From contig NC_091981.1 of NCBI RefSeq assembly GCF_044704955.1, positions 48,298,001 to 48,362,000 of the forward strand: DNA of 64,000 bases. Direction: 5' to 3'. Under the pieces are notes generated by a model, which searched no databases, was not told the DNA's origin, and saw nothing but the letters and a program-made list of their open reading frames with translations. The translations under genes and the position numbers were made by a program. This DNA is from Pristiophorus japonicus (Eukaryota). This document shows, piece after piece, positions 51,495 through 63,629 of this stretch (the first letter of the stretch is position 1; every line of letters starts with the position of its first letter).

Positions 51495-51720
51495 CACGCT
51501 CGCTCGCTCTTTTTCTTTTTTTCTCTCTCTCTCTTTCTCTTTCTCTTTCTCTTTCCCGCTGGGATTCCTTGCCCACCCCTGGGGGCTTGGCGCTGGCGGA
51601 GGCCCGTCACTCAGCCTCAGCCTGAGCCTCTCTCCGCCGGGCTCCCAACAACCGCACTCGCGCTGCTCCCCTGCCTGTTTTTTTTTGCCGCCTTTGGGTC
51701 GAGGTTAAAATATCCCCCGA
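51495..51720 (-). other. GMNN: Probable non-coding first exon of GMNN (5' end uncertain)
   Basis: GTGAGT donor at 51494-51489 within a CpG-rich island just downstream of the promoter motifs. Confidence 0.5.
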
Positions 51721-51975
51721 TCACGTGCCCACGGGTGGGCGGGGCGCGCGAAAATCCTGGTGGGTAATGGGGTGGCGGGAAGAAGATATGTCGTGTTTTC
51801 CCTTTACCCAAAACACAAAACCCACAAACGACTTTTGTTTAGCCTATAAATATAACGCATTTTGTGATAATTGAAATAGTTAAAAGTTAACTCACTAACT
51901 GTCGATATGGCCATTGGCGGGCACGCAGTGGTCACGTGACACTGACGCGCACACAACACACTTCCCGCCCTGAAC
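51720..51975 (-). promoter_or_regulatory. GMNN promoter with E2F sites, E-boxes, GC box and CCAAT
   Basis: GGCGCGCGAAAA 51743-51754, TGGCGGGAA 51773-51781, TTCCCGCC 51962-51969, CACGTG 51722, GTCACGTGAC 51931-51940 and ATTGG 51913. GMNN is an established E2F target. Confidence 0.7.
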
Positions 51976-52019
51976 CTCGCGCTTATAGTTTAAATCGAGC
52001 GGGTAAACAAAATCACACT

Positions 52020-52287
52020 ACATAGGATATACAGCAAAACATGTCGTCTGGTCGAACCAGTCCATGCAGGTGTTTTGCTCTACTCGAACATCCTTCCTAT
52101 TCTTCGAAATCTAATTATCAGCATAACCCTCTATTTCTTTCTCCCTCATGTGTTTATCTAGCCTCCCCTTCAACCACTCCCTGTAGTAATGAGTTCCACA
52201 TTCTCACCACTCTCCGGTAAAGCATTTACTTCTGAATTCCCTATTTGATTTCTTGGTGACTCTTATAGTGATGGCCTCTAGTTTTGC
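52020..52287 (-). mobile_element. Old CR1 3'-end fragment
   Basis: GAGTTCCACATTCTCACCACTCTC...CTGAATTCCCT, similar to 45390-45630. Confidence 0.6.
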
Positions 52288-52432
52288 TGGAACAAACTGG
52301 GAGCTGGGGCTTCAGGAGCAGCCACCTGATAAAACCTGGCGCAGGGTTCAGTGTTGAAAGAAACAACCCTCACCACAACAGATTGAAGGCTTCGGCCACA
52401 ATACACATCGAAAGGAGGAATCTGCAACCCGG

Positions 52433-53762
52433 ATGGCGGCCAACCGAGCGGCGAACCAGGGCGTCTGAAACACCATCCGAGTGATGGTGAAGAAAGTGGA
52501 AGGCCAGTCAACCATCAATCGGGTGAAGAAAATCCTGCTTGGAACATGTGGCATGAAAGTCGCCGACATCTTTGCCTTGCAGGACCTCCCGAAGAGAGGT
52601 TACTTCGATGTCACCTTCAGAACCGTCGCCCTCTGCCTGAAGTTCCTCAAGGGTTTGAAGGAGGCGAGTGAACCGCTGCGCTCAGTGCTAACTTGGGCGC
52701 CACTGTTCACCCTCCCGTCGCAGAGAACGCACTATCACAGTGCAGATGTACAACCCCCACATCCCGGTCATTGATGTGCTGACTTTCCTCGCCAGGTATG
52801 TCGGGGCAGGAAACAGCAGCGACGTGAAAGACTTGCACGGGATATGGACCAGCAAGCGCCAGATCCAAGTCACCATGAAGGTGGACGCCAGCGGAACCAT
52901 CCTGCACCCCTCCTCCAGCTTTGCCATTGGAGGAAGTCGGGGATACATGGTGTACGCTGGCCAACCCAACGTGTGCCGGACCTGCGGGAAGGCAGGCCAT
53001 GTGGCGGCAAGCTGCAAAACTCTCATCTGCCGAAACTGCAAGAACGAAGGCCACCAGACAAAGGACTGTAAGGAGACCAAGTGCTGCAACCTCTGTGGTC
53101 TGGCTGGGCACCTTTACAAAAACTGCCCCAAGTGCAACTTCAGCTATGCGCAGGCAGCAAAGAACATTGCACCAGAGGAGGAGGAAGCTGAGGAACACAG
53201 CGCTCCAGAGGGGAGCTACACCCTCCCCCCGACCAACGCCCCCGGGGACTCGGAACAAGTCGGCGAGGAAGAGAAGCCTGCTACGCCGAGCTGCGAGACA
53301 CCAGCAACCAGCAGCGAAGCTCTCCCCCAGCACACCGAGTCCAGCAACGAGGAGACAGCAGACGATGAAGCGGGATGGGAGACCGTCAAGAAAAAGGCCC
53401 GCAAGCGTAAGGAGAACAGGCGAGCAAGGGCCCGTGCAGAAACGACAGGGAAGAGGCGGCTAGCAACCTCGACAGACAGCAGCGGCGGCAGCTCGTCTGA
53501 TGAGGAAAGGCGAGAAAAAGCCTCTCACCACCGACACCAAAACAAGAGGCAATACGCCAACCCACAGCCACAGACGACCGGGAGCAGTGAAGCGACCAGC
53601 ACGGCCCTGCTCCAGGAACCCGTGAGCAGCGAAGTGCCCAGCGCACCCCACCTCCAGAATACCGGGAGCAACGCAGCGATCGAAGCACACCAGCTTGAGA
53701 CCGCTGCGACTGAGGAAAAGAAGGAACCACCAACACCAGGCGAGACAATGCAGAGGATATAA
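52433..53762 (+). pseudogene. Tx1 ORF1, ZCCHC3-like, three CCHC zinc knuckles
   Basis: YFDVTF, QMYNP, GIWTSKR; CRTCGKAGHVAASC, CRNCKNEGHQTKDC, CNLCGLAGHLYKNC. One early stop and one frameshift. Confidence 0.85.
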
Positions 53763-53924
53763 TGGACTTAATTACAGAACTGCAGCAGTCCCCTGGTCGA
53801 AACACCCCCACAGCAGAGGACGTCGACCACGCCAGCCCAGGTGTAGTAGACTTTGATAGTAATACCTATGCATGCTGGAACTGGTGAAGCGAAATCTTTG
53901 TAACTGTAAAAAAATAGCTTTAAA

Positions 53925-56900
53925 ATGGATTTAAAAATAGCTACTATTAACGTGTGTACCGTAAAATCTACTATGCGATGTGTTTCCACCTTGGCGTGCC
54001 TCACCAAGGTCAAAGCAAACCTGCTGTTCTTGCAGGAGTGCGGTCTGCCGCACTTCAGCAGTTACCAGCAGTGGTCACGGTGGTGGGACCATGGACCATC
54101 CATATGGTCAGGAGGCAACGACTGCCGGGTTTCCGGCCTAGGCATTCTGCTGCGGGGAGGCCACTTCACTATCACCGAAGTTAAGGAGGTGGTGGGCGGC
54201 CGCCTCCTCGTAGCAGATGTAATTTACAAAAATTCCCCTCTAAGGCTAATTAACGTGTATGCCTCGCCTCTCAGAAGCGAGCGGCTGGCCCTCTTCCAGC
54301 AGCTCCCACTGCTGCTGGCGACGTCCAGGCCGGTCATTCTGGGCGATGACTTCAACTGCATTATCGATGCGGCTGGACGATCCAGCAGAGCCGACAGCAA
54401 ACTGGACGCCACTCCTGATGGATGCGGTAAAAGACGCCAAGGGATATGGAAGCACAACGTGAAACTGTTGACTCCGGAAAACGTGGAGGAACTCAAGAGG
54501 GATTACAAAGGTTGGAGAATCGTAAAACCCCTCTGCGATTTCCCCCATGCCCTGGTGGGAAACAATCAAGACAAACATCAAGAGGTTCTTCATCCTCAAA
54601 GGTGTTCAGGAGGCGAGAGGGAGACAGAGGGAATTGTCCCAACTCCAGAAGAGCATGCAAAACCTGCTCCTGTTGCAGTCGATGGGGGTCGATGTCGTGG
54701 AGGAACTCGAAGAGGTGAAGGGCCAGCAAGCCTCGCTCTTTGCCTCAGAGTCCTCCAAAATCACTTTCCGCTCCAGAGTCCGCTCCGTCGAGCAGGATGA
54801 GACGTGTTCGAGCTTCTTCTTCCAAAAGGTACACGGGGAGCTCTGTGATCACCAGCCTAAAGGAAGAAGACGGTTCTGTGATGTTTTCGCAGCCTGACAT
54901 GCTGAGGATCAGCAAATCCTTCTATGCCAGGCTGTATGACGTCAAACCCACAGACCGCGCGGCCTCCCAGTCGTTCCTGTCGTTGATCATGGAGGTCCTA
55001 AACGACAGTGAGCGGGAGAGTCTGGATCACCCTTTAACTCTGTTCGAGATGACAAAGGCCGTCCGGTCCCTTGCGACGAGTAAAACTCCCGGAAGCGACG
55101 GCTTACCGGTCGCGTTGTATTTGGCTCTGTGGGACTGGATGGGCCCAGACCTGCTGGAAGTGTACGAGGGCATGCTTCTGGCTGGCAGTATGTCAGAATC
55201 AATGAGGAAAGGCATCATCACCCTCATCTACAAGCAGAAGGGGGAGAGGGAGGAAATCAAAAACTGGTGGCCCATTTCGCTGCTCAATGTGGACTACAAG
55301 ATCCTGTCAAAGGTCATCGCCAACAGGGTTAAAAGTCTGCTCTTGAGCTGGTGATTCACCCGGACCAGACCTGCGCTGTCCCCGGCAAGAAGATTTCTGA
55401 TAGCCTGGCACTACTCAGGGATACGATCGCCTACGTGCGGGACAGTGGGGTGGACAACTGCTTAATCAGCTTAGACCAGGAGAAGGCCTTTGACAGGATA
55501 TCGCACACGTACCTGATGGACATGCTCTCCAAAATGGGGTTTGGGGAGGGTATCCGCAATTGGATCCAACTGCTCTACAGAGACATCTGTAGCGCAGTTC
55601 TAATCAACGGGTGGGAAACTGAAAGCTTTCCGATCAGATCTGGAGTCAGGCAAGGTTGTCCTCTCTCGTCTCTCTTGTTTGTGTGTTGTGTCGAGCCCTT
55701 TGCCGGGTCCGTCAGAAAGGATGCGGGCATTAGAGGGGTGACTATCCCAGGCAGCAGAGGCGCTCAGGTCAAGACCTCCCTGTACGTGGACGACGTGGCC
55801 ATCTTTTGCTCGATCCGCAGTCGGTCCGCAGATTGCTCACAATCTGCGACCAGTTTGAACTGGCCTCGGGAGCGAAGGTCAATCGCAGCAAAAGCGAGGC
55901 CATGTTCTTTGGCAACTGGGCCGACCGATCCTTTATTCCCTTCACCGTTAAGCCAGATTACCTGAAGTTGTTGGGAATATGGTTCGGAGCGGACGGGGCG
56001 TGCACCAAAAACTGGGAAGAGCGTATCGCCAAAGTGAAGCAAAAACTGAGATGGTGGAAGCTGCGCTTCCTCTCCATGGCAGGAAAGAACCTGGTCATCA
56101 GGAGTGAGGTGCTCTCGGGGTTGCTACACGTGGCACAGGTCTGGCCCATCTCTCGCTCCTGTGCCGCGGCAGTCACCCGGGCCGTCTTCCACTTTGTCTG
56201 GAGGTCCAAAATGGAACGTGTCCGCAGAGACACAATGTACAAATCTCTGGACAGTGGAGGAAAGGATGTTCTGGACGTGGCCCTCATCCTGATGGCCACC
56301 TTTGTGTGCGGCTGCATCAAGCTGTGCACAGACCCCCAGTACGCAAACACCAAGTGTCACTACGTGCTGAGGTTCTACCTGTCCCCGGTATTGCGAAGGA
56401 TAGGCCTGGCCATGCTGCCGTGAAACGGCCCCACCAGCTGGACCATGCCTGTCCACCTGTCCTTCGTGGAAAAGTTTTTCACAAAAAACCCCTTTGACCA
56501 CAAAGCCATAAAACAGTGGTCAGCACATAACGTCCTGGATGCCCTACGAAAGAAGGAGAGGATGGACCCTGTCGGGTGGTTCCCTGAGCGGACTGTCGAA
56601 CTCATTTGGCAGAACGTCTCATCGCCAGAGCTTTCACACAAGCACCAAGACGTAGCTTGGTTGGCGGTGAGGAGGGCCTTACCTGTCAGAGCGTTCATGC
56701 ACAGCCGACGTCTCAGCAACACGGCACGGCGCCCCCGAGTCGGCTGCGGGGCGGACGAGATTGTCACCCATCTCCTTCAGGATTGCGCCTTCGCAAGGCA
56801 GGTTTGGAAAGAGATGCAATGGTTGCTCCCAAGCAGCTCCGTAACACAAGACTCTGTGCTCTACGGGCTGTTCCCAGGAACACACACCGAGACAGACATC

Positions 56901-57101
56901 ACCTGCTGCTGGAGGACCATCAACTCGGTCAAAGACGCTGTTTGGTCTTGCCGAAACTTGCTGGTCTTCCAGAGCAAGGAGATGTCCACGTCTGCGTGTT
57001 GCAGACTGGCGCAATCCAAGATCCAGGATTACGTGCTGAGGGACGCACTTAAAATTGGTGCAGCCACTGCAAAGGCATGGTGGGGAAGGGCCACAGTTTA
57101 A
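53925..57101 (+). pseudogene. Tx1 ORF2 (APE endonuclease, RT, C-terminal Cys/His motif), frameshifted
   Basis: IATINV, LQEC, GDDFNC, PISLLNVDYKIL, DQEKAFDR, GVRQGCPLS and YVDD motifs. Confidence 0.9.
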
Positions 57102-57645
57102 AGCCCTTATGCCACGGTAAACCCGGGGGCAGGAATGAGTACAAAACTCCCCTCGGGCCGTACTTGTAACTTCTTTTTTGTGTACATGGAGCACCATGAT
57201 CTGCAAATACCTATGTAGTGCCATGTACAATGCAAGGTCTGTTTCGTGATGCACGTTGAAAAAAAAATGTAAATGTACCGTCACCCATTCCGTGTACTGT
57301 ATAGTGACACATGTAATGTAACTTATTGAATGTACTACAATGTATCCCGTATTGTACCGAATTGCACTTGAAATGAAAAGCAAGGAAATGTATCGAATGG
57401 AACTGCCGTCAGCACCCAAATGTAGTGTATGGGATTGCTGACCGCAGCTAAATGTACTGAACTGCTTTTGAATGTACTGTACAAATTTTTATATGAATAA
57501 AGTATATTTTGAAATTTAAAAAAAAGAAACAACCCTCACCTCAATAACCACCATCCACATTCGTATGCTTGATTCCCTGACCCCCACCCACATTCGTACC
57601 CTCAATTCCCTGACCCACTTCTACATTCATACCCTAATTTCAGAG

Positions 57646-59410
57646 AATCATAGAATGGTTACACCACCATTCGGCCTGTCGAGCCCGTGCCGGCCCTCTG
57701 CAAGTGCACTTCAGCTAGTCCCACTCCCCTGCCCGTTCCTGATAGCCCTGCAATTTGTTTTCCTTTAGATACTTATCCAATTCCCTTTTGAAAACCATGA
57801 TTTAGCCTGCCTCCACCACTCTTTCACGCAGTGCATTCCAGATCCTAACCACTCACTGCGAAAATGAGTTTTTTCTCATATTGCCTTTGGTTCTTTTGCC
57901 AATCACCTTAAATCTGTGTTCTCTGGTTCTCGACCCTTCCACGAATAGAACAGTTTCTCTCTATCTCTTCTTCTTAGGCAGTCCCTTGGAGTCGAGGATG
58001 ACCTGCTTCCACACTAATATGAGTTCTCAGGTAACTGATGAGACCAATGCGGGATCTGGTCTCTATCACTGGTGAGGCAGGTGGTGGTTGAAGGTTCAGG
58101 TGGGTGGGGTGCTTGGGTTGTCGTGCGCTCCTTCCGCTTGGCTTCCGTGTGCTCCCGGTGAAGAGACTCTAGGTGTTCGGCGCCTTCCCAGATGCTTCTC
58201 CTCCACTTTGACCGTTCTTGGGCCAGGGATTCCCAGGTGTCGGTGGGGATGTTGCATTTTTTCAAGGAGATTTTAGGACGTCCTTGAAGCATTTCCTCTG
58301 CTCACCTGGGTCTCGCTTGCTGCGTCAGAGCTCTGAGTAGAGCACTTGTTTTGGGAGTCTAGTATCGGGCATGTGGACGATGTGGCATGTCCATCGGAGC
58401 TGATCGAGCGTGGTCAATGTTTCGATGCTGGGGATGTTGGCCTGAGCGAGAACACGGACGTTGATGCGCCTATTCTGCCAATGGATTTGCAGGTTCTTGC
58501 AGAGGCAGCGTTGGTGGTACTTTTCCAGTGCTTTGAGGTGCCTGCCTACATAGTCCATGTCTCTGAAGCATATAGGAGGGCGGGTATCACTACGGCTCTG
58601 TAGACCATGAGCTTGGTGCCAGGTTTGAGATCCTGGTCTTCAAACACTCTCTCCCTCAGGCTGCACTGCACACGACGTCTGCCCTTGTTGACAGTAGGTT
58701 CCCAAGGTATGGAAAATGGTCCACGTTGTCCAAGACCTCATCATGGATCTTGATAATCTAGACCCCTTGTGATTTTGAACCTTCTCTGCTCCAAGGAGAA
58801 CAACTCTAGCGTCTCTAGTCTATCCATGTAATTGAAGGACATCATCCCTGGAACCATTCTTGTAAATCTTTTCTGCACCCTCTCTAAGGCCTTTGTAGCC
58901 TTCATAATCGGACACAATACGCCAGTTGAGGCTGAACCAGTGATTAATAATAGTTCTTCATGACTTCTTTGCTTTTGTACTCTACTTATGAAGCCCAGGA
59001 TCCCATGTACTTTTTTAACCACTTTCTCAACCTGTCCTGCCACCTTCAACGATTTGTGTATATCTATCCCCAGGTCTCTCTGTTTATGCACCCCTTTAGA
59101 ATTGTACCCTTTAGTTTATATTGCCAATCCTCATTCTTCAGACCAAAATGTATCACTTTGTACTTTTCTGCGTTAAATTTTATCTGCCACGTGTCTGTCC
59201 ATTTCACCAGCCTGTCTATGTCTTCTTGAAGTCTATCACTATCCTCCTCACTGTTCACTATACTTCCAAATTTTGTGCCATCTGCAAATTTTGAAATTGT
59301 GCCCTGTACACCCAAGTCCAAGTCATTAAGAAAAAATCAAGAAAAGCAGTGATCCTAGTACCGATCTCTGGGGAATACCACTGTATACACCCTCCACTCC
59401 GAAAAACAAC
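57646..59410 (-). mobile_element. CR1 3' fragment interrupted by an RTE element
   Basis: KFADGTK and RDLGIDIHKSLKV motifs; 3' tail at 57646-57700. Confidence 0.8.
57966..58745 (-). mobile_element. RTE-clade LINE 3' fragment
   Basis: RHLKALEKYHQRCL...ANIPSIE...QLRW..HIVHMPDTRLPKQVLYSEL, typical of the RTE C-terminus; short (AAG)n tail. Confidence 0.82.
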
Positions 59411-59509
59411 ATTGATCCTCATCTGCATTCATACCCTCTATTCCTCTGACCTCCTCCCACACTGGCACCATCTATTCCCCTGACTGCCCACACTGGCACC
59501 CTCTGTTCA

Positions 59510-59952
59510 GCTGTTGCTCAGTAGGTAGCACACTCGCCTCAGAGTCAGAAGGTTGTAGGTTCAGGTTCAAGTCCCACTCCAGCAACTTGAGCACAGAAAT
59601 CTAGGCTGACACACCAGAGCAGTGCTGCACTGTCGGAGGTGCTGTCTTTCGGCTGAGGTGTTAAACTGAGGCCCTTTTTGCTCCGTCAGGTGGATGTAAA
59701 AGATCCCATGGCACTATTTCGAAGAAGCGCAGGAGAGTCATCCCCAGTGTCCTGGTCAATGTTTATTGCTCAATCAACATAACAAAAACAGATTATCTGG
59801 TCATTATCACATTGCTGTTTGTGGGAATTTGCTATGTGCAAGTTGGCTGCATGTTTCCCACATTACAACAGTGACTACACTTCAAAAGTACTTCATTGGC
59901 TGTAAAGTGCTTTGAGACATCCGGTGGTCCTGAAAGGCACTATATAAATGCA
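59510..59952 (+). mobile_element. tRNA-derived SINE (SacSINE1/DeuSINE-like)
   Basis: GCTCAGTAGGTAGCAC A box, GGTTCAAGTCCC B box, and L2-like tail AAAGGCACTATATAAATGCA. Confidence 0.78.
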
Positions 59953-60483
59953 CCTCCTCTTCTGCCCACCTGGGGCTCGCTTGCCATGTGGGAGTTAAGA
60001 GTAGAGGCCTGCCAAACGGAGCTGGTCGAGCATGATCAGTGCTTTGATGCTGGGGATGTTAACCTGAGCGAGAATAGTGACATTGGTGCGTCTATCCTCC
60101 CAATGGATTTGCAGGATCTTGTGGAGGCAGCGTTGGTGGTACTTCTCCAGCGCTTTGAGATGTCTGCTGTATATGCCTCAAAGTCTCCTTGATAAAATGC
60201 AACTTCCTCATGGCCCAAGACTGCCCAAAATGGAGGACAAGCATCCGGGAGGGCGCTAAGCACCTTGAGTCTCGTCGCCGTGAGCATGCAGAAATCAAGC
60301 GCAGACAGCGGAAGGAGCGTGCTGCAAACCAGGCTCCCCACCCCCTTTCCTTCAACCACTGTCTGCCCCACCTGTGACAGAGACCGTAATTTCCACCTTG
60401 GACTGTACAGCTACCTGAGAAGTCACTTTTAGAGTGGAAGCAAGTCTTCCTCGATTTCGAGGGACTGCCTATGATGATGTTGA
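59953..60483. mobile_element. 5'-inverted RTE insertion
   Basis: Minus segment 59953-~60174 plus a plus-strand segment ~60175-60483 ending in (ATG)n; 12-bp TSD TATATAAATGCA. Confidence 0.78.
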
Positions 60484-60729
60484 TATATAAATGCAAATCT
60501 TTCTTTCCCTGTTCCCCTGACCCCCCCCTCCCAACTAAAACCCTCTATTCCCCTGACCCCCTTCCCACACTGGTCATTGATGTGCCAGCGCAATGCTCCT
60601 CTTTCTTTACATTACAAGTGACCACACTTCTACGGTTTCTATGAAAAGTACCTTAATGGCTGTGAGGTGCTTTGGGACATCCTGTGATAATGAAAGGCGC
60701 TATATAAATGCAAGTCTTACTTTCTTATC

Positions 60730-61270
60730 ACATGAGAAATAGGAACAGGAGTAGGCCATACAGCCCCTCGAGCCTGCTCTGCCATTCAATAAGATCATGG
60801 TTGATCTGATCATGGATTCAGCTCCACTTCCCCACTCGCTCCCCATAACACCTTGTCGTTTAAGAAACTGTCTATTTCTGTCTTAAATTTATTCAGCGTC
60901 CCAGCTTCCACTGCTCTCTCAGGCAACGAATTCCACAGATTTACAACCCTCCGAGAGAAGAAATTTCTCCTCATCTGTTTTAAATGTGCGGCCCCATATA
61001 GAAAGCAGGAATGGGGTACTGAGGTTGCATGTTCAGCCATGAACTCATTGAATGGCGGTGCAGGCTCGAAGGGCCGAATGGCCTACTCCTGCACCTATTT
61101 TCTATGTTTCTAAGATCATGCCCTCTAGTTCTCATCTCCCCTATTAGTGGAAACATCCTCTCTGCATCCACCTCGTCAAGCCCCCTCATAATCTTATATG
61201 TTTCGATAAGATCACCCCCCATTCTTCTGAATTCCAATGAGTAGAGGCCCAACCTACTCAACCTTTCCTC
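60730..61270 (-). mobile_element. CR1 3' fragment with an opposite-strand CR1 tail (~61000-61112) inserted
   Basis: MRRNFFSRRVVNLWNSLP and RLGLYSLEFRRM pieces on the minus strand flank a plus-strand CCTACTCCTGCACCTATTTTCTATG tail. Confidence 0.75.
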
Positions 61271-61744
61271 ACCTCCCACAATAAAACCCTCCCTTCCCTC
61301 ATCACCTCCCACAATTAAACGATTCCAACCGCCTCCCACAATAAAACCCTCCATTCCCTAATCATCACAGGCAGTCCTTCGGAATTGAGTTGGCTTCCAC
61401 TCTTAGCATGGGTTCTTAGGTTATTCCCTGAATCCCCTCCCTCAATAAAATTCCCCTCACCACCTCCCGTGCTGAAATCCTCCATTGCCTGACCCTCTTC
61501 CACACCTCTGAACTTTATTCCTCCGGTTGAAGCCGCTGTTTTAATCCTCCATTCAGCAGTGAAATGATTGAATGTGAGACACGCTTTTATTTATACTGTA
61601 TTATATAAATATAAAATTCCACTGGGAGCGCACCGGTGCTTAATCACCCCGAGTCCCGCGGATTTACACGAATTAACTCAATCTAAAAGGTCAACACAGC
61701 AAGGGAACAAACAGGACTGGTTCTCGCTCGGGGGTTATAGGCAA

Positions 61745-62050
61745 AACAACACGTGACACGGCGTGACGTACACAAACATGTTTACATAGTTGGAAGCTAA
61801 ACTAGAATTTGAAGGAAAAAAATGATAATACAACACGTTGAAGTTTGTACATTAACATGATATGGTAGTTAAAAAAAAAATTTTAAATAGCAAATGTGTG
61901 GGGGCTGAGTGGGTTGTGACGTCAGTGCGGCCATCTTGCGCTGGAGTGGAGGGGACAGCGGCGGAAGTTTCTGGCGTTTGAGGAGCGGCTGCGGGAGGGA
62001 GGGAACCAGCGAAGGAGGGAGGGAGCGCGGCAGGCCCGAGCTGGGAACGA
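61745..62050 (+). promoter_or_regulatory. C6orf62 promoter/CpG island with CRE, E-box and YY1-like motifs
   Basis: CACGTG 61750, TGACGTA 61764, perfect CRE TGACGTCA 61917-61924, GCGGCCATCTTG 61927-61938, followed by CpG-rich sequence. Confidence 0.62.
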
Positions 62051-62072
62051 GAGGCAGAGAGAAAAAAGGCCG

Positions 62073-62111
62073 ATATATATATAATATATAGATAGATAGA
62101 TAGATAGATAG
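62073..62111 (+). repeat. (TA)n(TAGA)n microsatellite; another (TA)n at ~62360-62381
   Basis: Directly visible. Confidence 0.9.
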
Positions 62112-63316
62112 AGCAGGTCAGAGCTCTACATCGGACGTTGAGAGAGGGAGACAGAAAAATAAAATCTACCCGGAGGCAGACTGAAGTACCCGGGGGCCAG
62201 GCCGCTGCTTTGTGCGGTTTTCTCAAACCAATAGCCCGCTTTAAGACTATGGGTGACCGAGAGCGCAGAGAGCGCGGTTCGCTCACACTGACGGGTTTGA
62301 CCGGGTTCGTGGTCTCTTCTTGACATGGGCGGGGAGTGACATTGAACGTTGGTTTGCAATATATATATATATATATATATTAAATACAAACAGCTTAGGA
62401 AAGGAGGCAAGAGAGAAATCTAAAACAAAAAAAAAATAAGGGGAAGCAGCAGAAACTCAACAGCTGTGCCTGAGCGAGAGGGTCTGAAGGAGCAAACATG
62501 ATAAACAAATGATTTAATTTTTTTTGTTTTGTTTTTCAGTGCAGGGAAATGTCAGGAAACGGGCTAAAGGTTTGCCACCATGGTGTTGATTGAACCCGTC
62601 TCTTTGATAAAGTTAGAAATGCCTTTTGCTTGGTTTTTTGTTTGTTTCTGCCCAGGTGCCAACGAACAGCGCCATGTAGTTGATGTGCCAGTGCAATCCT
62701 CCACTTTCCCTTTTATTGTCTGTCCTTAAAAGAAAAAAATTAAAAGGAAAAAAAAAGCAACAACCTAGTCCAATATGTTTGAAGACAGCCATGTCAGAGG
62801 CTGTAGGTAGAGTTTTCAGGCTGTCTTTTGTGTAAAAAGGCAAAAACTGGCTTGTATGTAAACATGGGATGTGGCTGCATCATTTCTGTGTCGTCTTTGG
62901 GCACACACGAATTACAGTTAGGTGTTTAATTTGTTGGTTAGATTCATTGGCATCCATCATTGTAAACTAGTTTTAGTTCAACGGATTAAAATCTAGCATT
63001 AATTTGGATTGCTTTGGTTTGTAGGTTTTGTTAATGTGAATTAAAAACAAAGTCTAATTCCCTGCACTCCCATGAAACCATGTATATATAGGGACTGTTA
63101 TCATGACTGGACTCTGGCCTACATTTATCCTAAGTTTTTGCACAACACAGTTTTAGACTTTCTGGTCTAGTAGTTGTGGTAGAATTTTTTTTTTAAAGTT
63201 AGCACTACCAGACTTGTTTGTTCTGTTGCGCTGTTTTCTTTTGAGAGAAATTGCCCTTGTTAGGTTTTGTCAATTTCTGGTAAGCTAGAAAGAGGGTTGC
63301 CACTCATCCAAACAAA

Positions 63317-63445
63317 ATGGGCGACCCACACTCTCGGAAGAACCAGACTTTGAATCGACTGCGTGCTCAACTTAGAAAGAAGAAAGAATCTCTGGCAGAT
63401 CAGTTTGACTTCAAGATGTACATTGCCTTTGTATTCAAAGATAAG
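63317..63445 (+). CDS. C6orf62: C6orf62 homolog, first coding exon; gene continues beyond the window
   Basis: [43 protein letters not shown] then a GTAGGT donor. Near-identical to the recalled human C6orf62 N-terminus, and GMNN is its divergent neighbour in human. Confidence 0.9.
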
Positions 63446-63629
63446 GTAGGTAATTTATTTTATCTTGTTTTAACACATCTGTCGGCACTGAAATCTAGCA
63501 CAGTTTGTACCCACCAGACATGGAATTGTTTCATATGTGAAATGAAAGATAGTTTGACTTAACTTATTTAAAGGATGTAATGTTAGAGTGCATTTACACT
63601 GCAGTTCCTGGTCTTAGAATAGCTATACT

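Larger units (their letters stand above)
52375..57522 (+). mobile_element. Full-length Tx1/L1-clade LINE (second family, poly(A)-tailed), degenerate
   Basis: ORF1 and ORF2 present, AATAAA at 57496 followed by an A tail, and an 18-bp TSD AAAGAAACAACCCTCACC (52357-52374 and 57523-57540). Confidence 0.93.

Noticed and set aside
52433-53762. Host ZCCHC3 gene
   Set aside because: It is followed by ORF2 and enclosed by a TSD, so it is LINE ORF1.
57541-61500. Scattered C-rich degenerate repeats (CCCTCTATTCCCCTGACC...) between the transposons
   Set aside because: Looks like an old low-complexity tandem array fragmented by insertions, with no evidence of function.
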